A stretch of DNA of 64,000 nucleotides from Candidatus Zhuqueibacterota bacterium (GCA_049322915.1 JBMOPW010000014.1:160001-224000), one strand, 5' to 3'. Positions 30,402-40,906 are shown, counted from the first letter of the stretch. Notes: generated from the sequence alone by a model not told the origin. Translations and numbers: made by a program.

Positions 30402-31754
30402 ATGAGTGTGAACCAAAAATGGGAGATCTGGGACAAGAATCAAGTTGTTAACAAGTTAAAAATCTATCAGGAAGAGCATCAACGGCTCACAGTTCTTTTC
30501 AACATCACCAGAAACATATCGACAGAACTGAAGCTTGACCGACTTCTTCTCATTATCATGGATGAAGTTCGCAAAGCGCTGAAAGCCGATCGATGCACTG
30601 TGTTTTTGCTCAACGAGAGCAAAGACGAGCTTTGGTCGAAAGTAGCTCACGGAGAGAGGGAAATTCGGTTCCCAAGTAATTTGGGTATTGCTGGCTATGT
30701 GGCGACATCGGGGCGGGTGCTCAATATTCCCGATGCCTATGCCGATCCGCGATTTAACCGCGACATCGACAAAAAAACCGGTTATCACACCCAGAATATG
30801 CTGACTTTTCCCATGAGAAATAAACTGGGAGAAATCATCGGTGTCTTTCAGGTTTTGAATAAGTACAAAGGCTCATTTAACCGTGAAGATGAGCAGATGC
30901 TTGATGCAATTTCGGCCATTGCAGCAACGCAACTTGAGAATGCCCAGCTTTATGAGGAACAGAAGAAAACATTTGAAAGTTTTGTAGAAACATTAGCCAG
31001 CACGATTGATGCGCGCGATCCGCTAACCGCAGGGCATAGCAATCGAATCGCTTTGTATTCTGAGGAGTTGGGAAAGAAATTGAATCTCCATCAGAAGCGG
31101 AAGGAACTGCTGCGCTATGCTGCACTGTTGCATGATTACGGAAAAATTGCAATCAGGGAAGCCGTGCTGTGTAAAAACGGCAGTCTGACCATTGATGAGT
31201 ATTGCCATATTCAGGAACATTCGCTATTTACAAAAAATATTCTGGAGAAAATTAACTTCAGCCGGGATTTCAAAGACGTGCCCCGAATTGCCGCCGCGCA
31301 TCATGAGAAAATTGACGGCTCTGGCTATCCGGATGGATTGAAGGGCGAGGAGATTCCATTTGAATCGAGGATACTTGCTGTCGCCGATGTATTCGACGCG
31401 CTCACTTCCAAGCGCCATTATCGCGATCGAATGGAGTTCGAGAATGTGATGGATATTATCGAGGCAAACACCGGGTCGCATTTCGACCTCAAAGTTGTGA
31501 ATGCGTTGAAAAGCATCAGGCTCGATCGGCTCCTGAAAATTCTGGAGAGGGATACAGTCAGCCAGTTGGAGAATGGGGATTTGAAGTATCTTGCCCATTT
31601 CGATGTGGGGCATCTCCTGGTTGTTGTTCGGCAGGGGCCATTGAACGGTGAAGAAAATAAAATGGCTCAGCTTTTTTATCATTACTATTATCGCACCTAT
31701 ATGAGCAAAAAAGAAGAGATAACCGAGAAAAGATTTAATGTGGCTGGTTTATAG
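30402..31754 (+). CDS. GAF + HD-GYP cyclic-dinucleotide phosphodiesterase
   Basis: GAF (GIAGYVA...DAYADPRFN..IDKKTGY...NK...F...D); HD-GYP (HS.R, LHDYGK, HHEKIDGSGYP, ADVFDAL...R.YR). Confidence 0.92.
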   Translation: MSVNQKWEIWDKNQVVNKLKIYQEEHQRLTVLFNITRNISTELKLDRLLLIIMDEVRKALKADRCTVFLLNESKDELWSKVAHGEREIRFPSNLGIAGYVATSGRVLNIPDAYADPRFNRDIDKKTGYHTQNMLTFPMRNKLGEIIGVFQVLNKYKGSFNREDEQMLDAISAIAATQLENAQLYEEQKKTFESFVETLASTIDARDPLTAGHSNRIALYSEELGKKLNLHQKRKELLRYAALLHDYGKIAIREAVLCKNGSLTIDEYCHIQEHSLFTKNILEKINFSRDFKDVPRIAAAHHEKIDGSGYPDGLKGEEIPFESRILAVADVFDALTSKRHYRDRMEFENVMDIIEANTGSHFDLKVVNALKSIRLDRLLKILERDTVSQLENGDLKYLAHFDVGHLLVVVRQGPLNGEENKMAQLFYHYYYRTYMSKKEEITEKRFNVAGL

Positions 31755-32276
31755 ATGACGCAACGCGTGGTTCAATTTGCAATTATATTTTTCATGGTAT
31801 TAGGGGGAAGCTTGCCTCTGTGTCGTGCTCAGGTAAGTTCTCAGGATAGCTCCTTTGTCGGGAAAAAAAATATTAAAACGAACAACAGTGTGGAGAAAAA
31901 AATTGCCTCAAAATCTCCCAATGGTGCGATGATTCGCTCTTTGATAATCCCGGGATGGGGACAATGGTACAACAAGAAAAAATTGAAGGCCGTTGTTGTA
32001 TTCGGTACTGAAACCGGGATACTTATTAATTCAATTTACCTGAACCAGATGACGCAGAAGAGCACAACAACCGCTGAGAGGGAGTATTACCTCAACAATA
32101 GAAACCTTTCGAACTGGTGGCTGGTAGGGGCGTTGTTGTTCAGTGTGGCTGATGCATTCGTTGACGCCCAGTTGTCTGACTTTGATGAAAGTCCGGTACT
32201 GGCATTTCTGGAAATACGGCCGACACAAGTCACCGCCGAGCCGGGAGTTCTGCTTTCGCTCAGGTTCGCATTTTAA
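31755..32276 (+). CDS. DUF5683-family membrane protein
   Basis: KSPNGAMIRSLIIPGWGQWYN...DAFVDA. Confidence 0.75.
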   Translation: MTQRVVQFAIIFFMVLGGSLPLCRAQVSSQDSSFVGKKNIKTNNSVEKKIASKSPNGAMIRSLIIPGWGQWYNKKKLKAVVVFGTETGILINSIYLNQMTQKSTTTAEREYYLNNRNLSNWWLVGALLFSVADAFVDAQLSDFDESPVLAFLEIRPTQVTAEPGVLLSLRFAF

Positions 32277-32346
32277 ATTGAAATCGTCGTTATCGAGGAG
32301 TGCTGGGGTACACTATTTGCGTTGACCAGTGTGGGTGAGGAATAAT

Positions 32347-33462
32347 ATGGCAGACATTCTTATCCTCGGCGGAACCGGATATGCCGGCCGATTGATTGCC
32401 CGCTATCTGTTGGAGTTTTCAGAAGCTAATGTCACTATCGCAGCAAGGCGAGGGGATCAGGCGCAACATTTTGCCGAGGAGCTAAATCGAAAATACAGCG
32501 GTCATCGCGCGAAGGCTGTTCATGCAGATGCTGCAAACGCTGATTCGTTGAGTAGCGCATTCAAAGGCCACCGTCTCGCTCTCGTTGCTGCGCCGACCAC
32601 GGCTCATGCCGCCATCGTGATCCGAGCGGCGCTGGATGTCGGAGTCGATTATTTGGATATTCAGCTCAGTTCCCCCAAAACCGCCCTGTTGCAATCTCTC
32701 GCTGGAGAAATCGAACAGAATAATAAAATTTTTATCACCGAAGCCGGATTCCATCCGGGGTTGCCATCGGTCCAGATACGATACGCGGCGACTCAACTGG
32801 ATCGCATCGAAACTGCGATCTCCACAGGCTATCTCAATTTTGGAAAGAGCCTGCCCTACACCGAGGCTGTCTATGAGTTGATCGACGCCTTTAAAAATTA
32901 TCAGGGACAGGTGTTTCGCAATGGACAATGGACAAAGCCGGATTCAGTTGATATTCGTAAATTTGACTTTGGAAGCGACATCGGATGGAAACGGTGCTAT
33001 TCCATGTTCTTTGAGGAATTGCAGTTGTTGCCGCAGATGTTGCCCTCGCTCGCAGAGACTGGTTTTTATGTGTCCGAATCTCATTGGGTGAATGATTGGA
33101 TTATCATGCCCTTGACATGGATGTGGTTGAAAATACTGCCCCACTCCGTGCGTCCCATTGGCAAGCTCCTCTGGTGGGGTATGGGAACCTTTCACAAACC
33201 GCCCTATCGTTTAGAGCTTCAAGTTCACGCCTCTGGGTTAAAAAATGGTCGGAAAATAAATGTCCGTTCGATTGTAACTCATACCGATGGATACGAACTA
33301 ACGGCCATCCCTGTCGTGGCGACATTGTTGCAATATCTGGATGGCGCTTTTCGTAAGCCCGGGCTGTGGATGATGGGACATGTGGTGGAGCCGGTGCGAT
33401 TCATGGCGGATCTTGAAGCGATGGGCGCCCATTGCTCCATCAGCAGTGAACCAGCCGAGTGA
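32347..33462 (+). CDS. Saccharopine dehydrogenase-like NAD(P)-binding oxidoreductase
   Basis: ILILGGTGYAG, YLDI, AGFHPGL. ATG at 32347 with GAGG SD. Confidence 0.8.
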   Translation: MADILILGGTGYAGRLIARYLLEFSEANVTIAARRGDQAQHFAEELNRKYSGHRAKAVHADAANADSLSSAFKGHRLALVAAPTTAHAAIVIRAALDVGVDYLDIQLSSPKTALLQSLAGEIEQNNKIFITEAGFHPGLPSVQIRYAATQLDRIETAISTGYLNFGKSLPYTEAVYELIDAFKNYQGQVFRNGQWTKPDSVDIRKFDFGSDIGWKRCYSMFFEELQLLPQMLPSLAETGFYVSESHWVNDWIIMPLTWMWLKILPHSVRPIGKLLWWGMGTFHKPPYRLELQVHASGLKNGRKINVRSIVTHTDGYELTAIPVVATLLQYLDGAFRKPGLWMMGHVVEPVRFMADLEAMGAHCSISSEPAE

Positions 33463-33590
33463 ATTCATTGTCCTTTATCCCGCGTGCAAAAGCGAAAATT
33501 GGATTCAACACGAATGGCCAATCCCGCCAGCCCTGTCGCGGCGGTAGTTTTGGGGAAGCATAAAGGTATTGTTTTTCAGGAATAGGGAAA

Positions 33591-34139
33591 ATGATGGATA
33601 GAGATGAAGCATACGCTCTGGCAAAGTCGAAATTTTCCAACAAAAATCTGTTCAAGCATGTCCTGGCGGTTGAAGCTGTGATGAGGGAAATAGCGCACTA
33701 TTTCGGAGAAGATGAAGCCAAATGGGGACTCGCCGGTCTTCTCCACGATTTGGATTATGAAGAAACCATGCATTGCCCGGAACGGCATACGCTGGTGACT
33801 GAAGAGATGCTTCAAAAATACGATATCGACAGCGAGATCATTGATGCCATAAAATGCCATAATGATAAAGCGCCACGAGATACGCGGATGGGCAAAGTCA
33901 TCTACGCTGCAGATCCTGTGACCGGTCTCATTGTGGCTGCGGCGCTCATGCATCCGGATAGAAAGTTGAAATCCATCGATGTGCCGTTTATCATGCGGCG
34001 CTATAAAGAGAAGCGCTTTGCTGCCGGCGCAAATCGTGAACAGATACAGTCTTGTGCTGACTTTGGTTTGACATTGGAGCAGTTCCTGGATATCGCCCTT
34101 TGCGCTATGCAAAAAATCGATAAGGAGTTGGGATTGTGA
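33591..34139 (+). CDS. HDIG/HD-domain metal-dependent phosphohydrolase
   Basis: KHVLAVE, GLLHDLD, AIKCH, ADPVTGL, FAAGANR. Confidence 0.88.
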   Translation: MMDRDEAYALAKSKFSNKNLFKHVLAVEAVMREIAHYFGEDEAKWGLAGLLHDLDYEETMHCPERHTLVTEEMLQKYDIDSEIIDAIKCHNDKAPRDTRMGKVIYAADPVTGLIVAAALMHPDRKLKSIDVPFIMRRYKEKRFAAGANREQIQSCADFGLTLEQFLDIALCAMQKIDKELGL

Positions 34140-34534
34140 AAAAATTACTACTGGCGATGATAACAGTTTTCGTGATACTATGCGTGACTCCGGAGCGCAG
34201 TCCGGCGCTCGAACAAGGCTCCCGGATTCGACGATTGGATTGGAACGAGCGACATAAGATTGCCTTCACGCTCAATGATTCCACGTTTGGCAGAGACAAG
34301 GTGCATCATTTTTTATCGAGCGCTTTTTTGACCACGGCTGGCTACTATTTTTGCAGAGAAGAAAAGGGATTTTCTCGGGTGGCTTCCTGTCAGGGAGGCA
34401 TCAGTTTCTCGCTGTCCCTCGGATTGCTCAAAGAAATTCGCGATGGCAGACAACCTGAAAATGCGTTCAGCGTGAAAGATCTCGTCGCCAATATTCTGGG
34501 GACCGCCGTTGGATTGCTGATTGTGGCGGATTAA
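34136..34534 (+). CDS. YfiM/DUF2279-like exported protein
   Basis: DKVHHF, KEIRD, FSVKDLVANILG. Confidence 0.7.
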   Translation: MKKLLLAMITVFVILCVTPERSPALEQGSRIRRLDWNERHKIAFTLNDSTFGRDKVHHFLSSAFLTTAGYYFCREEKGFSRVASCQGGISFSLSLGLLKEIRDGRQPENAFSVKDLVANILGTAVGLLIVAD

Positions 34535-34750
34535 TTTTTTTTAACTCAGTGTGAATTTAGATTTATAGATTAATTCAGTTTTGTTTTAGTGACGATAGTG
34601 ATGAATATGTAACGAATCATGAGAATCGATGAGAGGCGGGTTGATATACTGCGTCGATCGTTATGGTTCAGGATTGTTGAAGCAAAAATTAAAATCACTT
34701 TCGAATCGCATGATTGTATTTCTCCTCGCTGAATGAAAGTTGGATAGGTT

Positions 34751-36172
34751 ATGATTTGGACACCAGATGAAAAACCAAAAGAAGAATGTGCAGTTATTGG
34801 AATTTATGGACATCCCCAGGCCGCGACGTATGCGTATCTGGGATTGTATGCGTTGCAACATCGTGGACAGGAAAGTTCGGGCATTGTCACTCATGATCAT
34901 GGTCTTTTTTATAAACATATTGATTTGGGACTGGTCATGGATGTCTTCCGCAACCGTGCCAATCTTGACAGGTTAAAAGGCGATAAGGCAATCGGCCATA
35001 ATCGCTATTCCACGACAGGCTCCACACATTCGGTAAACGCTCAGCCGCTTGTCGTCAGTTCCAAGTGCGGACCATTGGCAATTTCCCATAATGGAAATTT
35101 CGTCGATTCGCAACTGTTCCGACGCAAACTGGAAGAAGATGGAGCCATATTTCAGACGACAACGGACACGGAAATTGTTCTCCATTTAATCGCCCGTTCC
35201 AAAAAGCAGACAATGATCGAAAAAGTCAAAGATGCTTTCAATCAGATTAAGGGCGCTTATTCCATTGCAATACTGACAAACAATGAACTCATCGGCGTTC
35301 GGGATCCGCGGGGATTTCGACCTTTGTGCATGGGCAAAAAGGATGGCGCCTATATTCTCGCGTCTGAGTCGTGCGCCCTGGATATTATGGACGCCGAGCT
35401 CATCCGGGAAATCGAACCAGGTGAAATTGTCGTTATAAACGATCAGGGCGTTACCAGTACTTTTCTCGAAGAGAAGGCGGAACGACGCGCCTGCATTTTT
35501 GAGTTCATCTACTTCTCCAGACCGGATAGCCTGATTTTTGGCGAGAAAGTGGATAAAGCGCGTCGCAAGCTGGGAAAATCCCTTTCATTGGAAGCGCCAG
35601 TGGAGGCTGACCGGATTATTTCGGTCCCCGACTCCAGCAATACTGCGGCGCTGGGATATGCTCAGGAATCCGGCATTAAATTCGAAATTGGTCTGATCAG
35701 GAACCATTATGTGGGCCGGACATTCATTCACCCGGTCCAGTCCATGCGCGATTTCAATGTACGGATTAAATTCAATCCGGTGAAAGGCGTATTGAAAAAC
35801 AAGCGCGTCATTATGGTGGAAGATTCCATTGTCCGCGGCACTACCTTGCGGCTGCTCGCCAAAATGGTGCGCAATGCCGGCGCTCAGGAAATTCATATTC
35901 GCGTCAGTTCACCGCCAATCAAATATCCCTGTTACTATGGCATGGATTTTCCGACCAAAGAAGAATTGATTGCCTCGCAGATGTCAATCGAAGAGATCCG
36001 AAAATATCTCGAAGTCGACAGCTTGCATTATCTCTCTATGGAGGGAATGCTGAACTCTGTTCCCCAGGAACCGGGTGGGTACTGCACAGCGTGTTTCAGC
36101 GGTGATTATCCGATAATTCCCGGCGAAGCGGTGAAGAAGTTCCAGTTAGAAAATGGCATTGTCAACGGCTGA
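34751..36172 (+). CDS. purF: Amidophosphoribosyltransferase (propeptide, Fe-S type)
   Basis: KEE-CAV N-terminal nucleophile after a short propeptide, LQHRGQES, GHNRYST, VEDSIVRGTT, Cys ligands CIFE/CYYG/CTAC. Confidence 0.98.
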   Translation: MIWTPDEKPKEECAVIGIYGHPQAATYAYLGLYALQHRGQESSGIVTHDHGLFYKHIDLGLVMDVFRNRANLDRLKGDKAIGHNRYSTTGSTHSVNAQPLVVSSKCGPLAISHNGNFVDSQLFRRKLEEDGAIFQTTTDTEIVLHLIARSKKQTMIEKVKDAFNQIKGAYSIAILTNNELIGVRDPRGFRPLCMGKKDGAYILASESCALDIMDAELIREIEPGEIVVINDQGVTSTFLEEKAERRACIFEFIYFSRPDSLIFGEKVDKARRKLGKSLSLEAPVEADRIISVPDSSNTAALGYAQESGIKFEIGLIRNHYVGRTFIHPVQSMRDFNVRIKFNPVKGVLKNKRVIMVEDSIVRGTTLRLLAKMVRNAGAQEIHIRVSSPPIKYPCYYGMDFPTKEELIASQMSIEEIRKYLEVDSLHYLSMEGMLNSVPQEPGGYCTACFSGDYPIIPGEAVKKFQLENGIVNG

Positions 36173-36202
36173 GGCCGCAGCGATGGGCCTCGCGGGCCAT
36201 TT

Positions 36203-37201
36203 TTGTCATTGATGAAACGGTTCGCTCGCAATAACGCACGCGCCAATGAAAATGAGATGGTAAAAAACATCCAACTACTCGATTATGTTTTTATCCTTAG
36301 GCCGACTCTCTTCTTCCCCTTGTGGACCGTGTACCTGGCCGGTTTTCATGCGAACACCGTGTTTGACCCGGCGAGAGAATCGTCGCAGGCTACTGCTACG
36401 TCGGGGAGTCATGTTTTTTTCATTGCAGCGCTATTGACTCTGCTCATGGGCGCGGTGTATATTTTCAACCAGATTGTGGATATAAAGAGCGATGAAAGAA
36501 ATGATAAATTGTTTTTCATCGCCAAAAAGATAATCGACAAAAAGACCGCGACAATCGAGGGCGTCCTGCTCACCGTGATTTCCATCGGGACGGCGTTTGT
36601 CGTTGACGCCAAAGTAGGCGCGATGTTTGTCTGGATTTTTCTCATTACCGGGATTTTGTACAGCTACAAACCATTCGCCTGGAAAGACCGGCCGATTATG
36701 GGTGCGGTGGCCAATTTCCTGGGCGGCTGGTCAGTTGCTTCGTGCGGATGGATAACTGCCGGAACAGAAAGTTATCATTTCGCGCTGTACAGCCTTCCCT
36801 ACGGTTTCGGCCTGGTCGCCGTGTATTTGTTAACAACGATCCCCGATATTCCGGGTGATCGTGAGTTCAATAAAATTACCTTTGGCGTGAAATTCGGAAA
36901 GATGAAAGCCGTCTGCTGGGGACTTGTTTTTGAACTGGCGACGGTGGTGCTTTCGTTCATTTTGAGAGATTATTTATTCTTCATCCCGGCGCTGTTCTCG
37001 CTTCCGCTATTCATCGCTGCCGCGGCGACGCAGGAGATGAAACATATTGTGAGAGCGATTAAATTCACTATCCTGTTCGTCTCATTGGCTGTGTGTCTGA
37101 AGTTCCCTGTATATTTTTTGGTGATTCTATTCACATTTTTCTTTTCAAAATGGTACTACCAAAAACGGTTTGGCTTGAACTATCCGAAATTTGCTGCTTG
37201 A
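36203..37201 (+). CDS. UbiA-superfamily membrane prenyltransferase
   Basis: Multiple TM helices; Asp-rich motifs NQIVDIKSD (NxxxDxxxD) and PDIPGD; LYS..P. True start may be 36257. Confidence 0.85.
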   Translation: MSLMKRFARNNARANENEMVKNIQLLDYVFILRPTLFFPLWTVYLAGFHANTVFDPARESSQATATSGSHVFFIAALLTLLMGAVYIFNQIVDIKSDERNDKLFFIAKKIIDKKTATIEGVLLTVISIGTAFVVDAKVGAMFVWIFLITGILYSYKPFAWKDRPIMGAVANFLGGWSVASCGWITAGTESYHFALYSLPYGFGLVAVYLLTTIPDIPGDREFNKITFGVKFGKMKAVCWGLVFELATVVLSFILRDYLFFIPALFSLPLFIAAAATQEMKHIVRAIKFTILFVSLAVCLKFPVYFLVILFTFFFSKWYYQKRFGLNYPKFAA

Positions 37202-37222
37202 AATCAGGTCTGAGGAATATTC

Positions 37223-37402
37223 ATGATAGTCAGTAAAAATGATCGCTGTGATTTTTGCGGAACCTGCGTGGCAGTCTGTCCGGTCGATGCCATTACACTA
37301 TATGAGGCTCGACTTGAAATTGACCACGATCTCTGCACGCTGTGCCTGAATTGCGTCCATATCTGTCCTGTCTCAGCGCTGGAGGAGAAAGAAGATGAGT
37401 GA
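37223..37402 (+). CDS. 2[4Fe-4S] ferredoxin, 59 aa (absent from the ORF track)
   Basis: Hand translation MIVSKNDRCDFCGTCVAVCPVDAITLYEARLEIDHDLCTLCLNCVHICPVSALEEKEDE* contains two CxxCxxCxxxCP motifs. SD GAGG; overlaps the next ATG by 8 nt. Confidence 0.92.
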   Translation: MIVSKNDRCDFCGTCVAVCPVDAITLYEARLEIDHDLCTLCLNCVHICPVSALEEKEDE

Positions 37403-38564
37403 TTATGATATCATCGTGGTTGGCGCTGGTCCGGCTGGCTCGACCACAGCGCGCCTGGCTGCCCAGCATGGCGCCAGAGTGTTGATGCTGGAAAAAGACC
37501 GGGAGGTCGGAATCCCGGTTCGATGCGGCGAAGCCGTCGGCGCGAAAGGATTTAGCCGCGTGCTCGAATTGCGGGACGAGTGGGTGGCCAATAAAATTGA
37601 TGCGGTGCGACTCGTCGCGCCGGATGGCACGAAAATTAAAGTCTCGCACGACGATATCGGTTATATTCTGGATCGCAAGCGTTTCGATTACGACCTGGCC
37701 CGCATGGCAACCGAAAAAGGCGTCAAAGTGATCACCAAAGCATTTGTCTACGACATGCTCAAAGAGGACGGCGTTGTCGCCGGCGTGAAAGTGAATCACC
37801 TGGGTAAACAGTATTCCATAAAATCGCGGCTGGTAATTGGAGCCGATGGCGTGGAATCGCGCGTGGGGCGCTGGGCTGGTTTGAAAACCGCCGTCAGGAT
37901 GAAGGATATTGAACCGTGCGTTCAAATGACCGTGTCCAATATCAATATCGACGGGAATGTCTGTGATTTTTATGTGTCGCGGGAATTAGCGCCCGGCGGA
38001 TACCTGTGGGTGTTTCCCAAGAGCGCGCACCACGCCAATATCGGATTGGGAATTTCCGGGGAATTTGCGCATCAAAAATCCCCGCTGGAATATCTCCAGG
38101 AATTCATGGACAAAAATTTCCCTGAAGCCGCAATATTGACGACCGTTGCCGGCGGAGTCCCTTGCGCTCCGTATATGGAAGAAATCGTTGCGCCGGGACT
38201 CATGCTGGTGGGCGATGCAGCGCATCAGGTAAATCCCATCACCGGCGGGGGAATCATTCATAGCATTCTCGCCGGTGAAATTGCCGGCAAAGTGGCAGCA
38301 GCAGCCATCAAGGAGCGCGATGTCTCGGGAGCGCGGTTGACCGAATACGTCCGGGACTGGGATAAAATTGGGGGGATAGGCCATCGTCATGCCTATCGCT
38401 TGAAAGAAGCAGTGTACAAACTGACGGATGATGACCTGAATAAAACTGCGGCCACGTTGAAGAAAAAAACTCAGGATACTTACACCATTGTGAATATATT
38501 TAAAACAGCCCTGTTCCAGCATCCTAAATTAATACCGGATATTTTGAAAGTGTTTTTGGGATGA
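37395..38564 (+). CDS. Geranylgeranyl reductase family flavoprotein, archaeal digeranylgeranylglycerophospholipid reductase-like
   Basis: VVGAGPAGS, PVRCGE, DRKRFD, IGADG, APGGYLWVFPK (PxxYxWxFP), VGDAAHQVNPITGGGI. Confidence 0.85.
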   Translation: MSDYDIIVVGAGPAGSTTARLAAQHGARVLMLEKDREVGIPVRCGEAVGAKGFSRVLELRDEWVANKIDAVRLVAPDGTKIKVSHDDIGYILDRKRFDYDLARMATEKGVKVITKAFVYDMLKEDGVVAGVKVNHLGKQYSIKSRLVIGADGVESRVGRWAGLKTAVRMKDIEPCVQMTVSNINIDGNVCDFYVSRELAPGGYLWVFPKSAHHANIGLGISGEFAHQKSPLEYLQEFMDKNFPEAAILTTVAGGVPCAPYMEEIVAPGLMLVGDAAHQVNPITGGGIIHSILAGEIAGKVAAAAIKERDVSGARLTEYVRDWDKIGGIGHRHAYRLKEAVYKLTDDDLNKTAATLKKKTQDTYTIVNIFKTALFQHPKLIPDILKVFLG

Positions 38565-38690
38565 TCCATTCGTCGCGTTAAACGGTGAATTTGAACGTGG
38601 AGGAAAACGCAGCGTAGCAGTGAATGCATTAGGATTCGCGAACGGAGCGGCTTGTAGAAAACTGGTATTGAATTTCACGAAGGGCAATGA

Positions 38691-39620
38691 ATGATCGGCA
38701 AATTAAAGCAGCGGTTGGCAAAGACACGGGAAAACCTTGTTAAAAAATTAAGCGATGCATTGAGGTCGCATAAAGAGATCAATCAGGATTTGTATGACGA
38801 AATGGAAGAAGTGCTCATCGGCGGCGATGTGGGCGTCGAGGTTGCGATGGATTTGATCGAAGAAGTCCGGAAGCAGGTCCGATCTCAGGGAATTAAAAAG
38901 CCGGATGAAATCATTCAGCTTTTAAAAGACGCCATGTTCCGCTCATTCAATGAGGGAAAAGCGCCGATTTCATCGGATGCGACAGCAGACTTTTTCAAAC
39001 CGGAGCCAAAGCCCTTCGTCATCATGGTTGTTGGCGTGAACGGCACGGGCAAGACCACGACAATCGGCAAGCTAGCCTCGCTGTACAAACAGCAGAGCAA
39101 CAAGGTCCTCCTTTCTGCAGCAGATACGTTTCGCGCGGCTGCATCGGAGCAACTGGAAATCTGGGCGCAGCGAGCCGGTGTGGATATTATTCGCAACCAG
39201 CCGGGAGCAGACCCGGCGTCCATCGCTTTCGATTCATTACAGGCGGCCATCAGCCGAAAACTGGATGTGCTGATCATCGACACGGCCGGTCGGTTGCACA
39301 CCAAATCCAATTTGATGGAGGAATTGAAAAAAATTTATCGCGTGTTGGGGAAAATCAATCCGGCAATTCCCCACGAAACCCTGCTGGTCCTGGACGCCAC
39401 CACTGGCCAGAACGGACTGAATCAGGCGCTGCAATTTACGCAGGCGGTGAATGTGACCGGCATTATTTTGACAAAGCTGGATGGCACAGCAAAAGGAGGC
39501 ATTGTCCTGGCCATCAGCAAGCAGTTGGGATTGCCGGTCAAATTCATTGGAGTCGGCGAGAAAGTGGAGGACCTGGAGCCGTTCGATCGCACCGAGTTTG
39601 TCGAGGCGTTGTTTCAATGA
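38691..39620 (+). CDS. ftsY: Signal recognition particle receptor FtsY
   Basis: [37 protein letters not shown]. Confidence 0.98.
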   Translation: MIGKLKQRLAKTRENLVKKLSDALRSHKEINQDLYDEMEEVLIGGDVGVEVAMDLIEEVRKQVRSQGIKKPDEIIQLLKDAMFRSFNEGKAPISSDATADFFKPEPKPFVIMVVGVNGTGKTTTIGKLASLYKQQSNKVLLSAADTFRAAASEQLEIWAQRAGVDIIRNQPGADPASIAFDSLQAAISRKLDVLIIDTAGRLHTKSNLMEELKKIYRVLGKINPAIPHETLLVLDATTGQNGLNQALQFTQAVNVTGIILTKLDGTAKGGIVLAISKQLGLPVKFIGVGEKVEDLEPFDRTEFVEALFQ

Positions 39621-40906
39621 AAATCAGCGTGGTGACGTTGGGATGCCCCAAGAACATTGTCGATTCCGAACAGCTTTCAGCGCAGCTTGCTGCTGAAGAA
39701 GTTCAGTTTGTAAATGACGCCACGGATGCGGATGTGGCGATTATCAATACGTGCGCGTTCATTTTGTCAGCTCGCGAAGAAGCGGTCGAGGCCATTTTGA
39801 GCGCAATACAGTTGAAGCAGGAAGGTCGCATTGGCCGGATTTATGTCACTGGCTGTTTGCCTCAGCGATACATCAGAGAACTGAAAAAAGAAATCCCTGA
39901 AGTCGATGGTTTTTTTGCGGAGCAGGATTTTCGGATCATTGGCCAGCGCCTTGCGTCGCTGCTGCGCCTGTCGTCGGCATCGCCGGCGAGGCGCCGATCC
40001 CTGCAGACGCCGGGCCATTACGCCTATCTGAAGATTTCAGAAGGATGCGATAACCGCTGCCATTACTGCACCATTCCTATCATCAAAGGTGATTTTCGAA
40101 GCTTTGCAGAGGACGAAATATTTGCAGAAGCAGAGGAGCTTGTCGCCGGGGGTGTCAAGGAACTGATTGTTGTCGCGCAGGATACAACTTATTACGGATG
40201 GGATCGGCAGCAGCGCCATGGCCTGGTGCAGTTGATCAGAAAGCTGTCCGGCATAACGGGGCTGTCGTGGATTCGGCTGCTATATGCCCATCCTGCTCAT
40301 TTCACAGAAGAATTGATTTCGCTGTACAATGAGATAGAACTGTTATGCCGCTATATTGACGTTCCGATTCAGCATATTTCCAATAAAATGCTGAAGCGGA
40401 TGGGTCGTCGCGTGACTGAAAAAGCGATTCGGCAGCTCATCGATACATTGCGGGAGAGAGTTCCGGGCATGGCTATTCGCACGACGCTGATGGTCGGCTT
40501 CCCTGGCGAGGACGAGTCCGATTTTTTGCTGCTGAAGGAATTCGTCGCTCAGGCGCGATTCGAGCGGCTGGGAGTTTTTCAGTATTCTGCTGAGGAAGGG
40601 ACGCGGGCGTTTCGCATGAAAAACAAAGTCGACAAGCGCATTATGGAGGAGCGCTTCGATGAATTGATGCAGCTTCAGTACGATATCGCACTTGAGAAGA
40701 ATAGACAATGGTTGGGGCAAACGATGCCGGTCATTTTCGATGAATATGACGAAGAAAGCGGGACCAGTATTGGCCGGACCCAGTGGGATGCGCCGCTGAT
40801 TGATAATGCCGTTCGCGTGACCGAGAAGATCGCTGCCGGCAGCATCCTTCCGATTCGAATCACCCGGGCTGAGACGTATGACGTGTGGGGAGAACGCAAT
40901 GCCTAA
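39617..40906 (+). CDS. rimO: Ribosomal protein S12 methylthiotransferase
   Basis: LGCPKNIVDSE, NTCAFI, AYLKISEGCDNRCHYC, YSAEEGT, TRAM domain. Confidence 0.95.
   Translation: MKISVVTLGCPKNIVDSEQLSAQLAAEEVQFVNDATDADVAIINTCAFILSAREEAVEAILSAIQLKQEGRIGRIYVTGCLPQRYIRELKKEIPEVDGFFAEQDFRIIGQRLASLLRLSSASPARRRSLQTPGHYAYLKISEGCDNRCHYCTIPIIKGDFRSFAEDEIFAEAEELVAGGVKELIVVAQDTTYYGWDRQQRHGLVQLIRKLSGITGLSWIRLLYAHPAHFTEELISLYNEIELLCRYIDVPIQHISNKMLKRMGRRVTEKAIRQLIDTLRERVPGMAIRTTLMVGFPGEDESDFLLLKEFVAQARFERLGVFQYSAEEGTRAFRMKNKVDKRIMEERFDELMQLQYDIALEKNRQWLGQTMPVIFDEYDEESGTSIGRTQWDAPLIDNAVRVTEKIAAGSILPIRITRAETYDVWGERNA

Noticed and set aside
33540..33547. GGCGGTAG resembling the RfaH ops element
   Set aside because: A single 8-mer is expected by chance in 64 kb; it lacks the following nnTG and is far from the polysaccharide locus.
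34535..34750. Purine/PRPP riboswitch upstream of purF
   Set aside because: No recognisable aptamer core or terminator.
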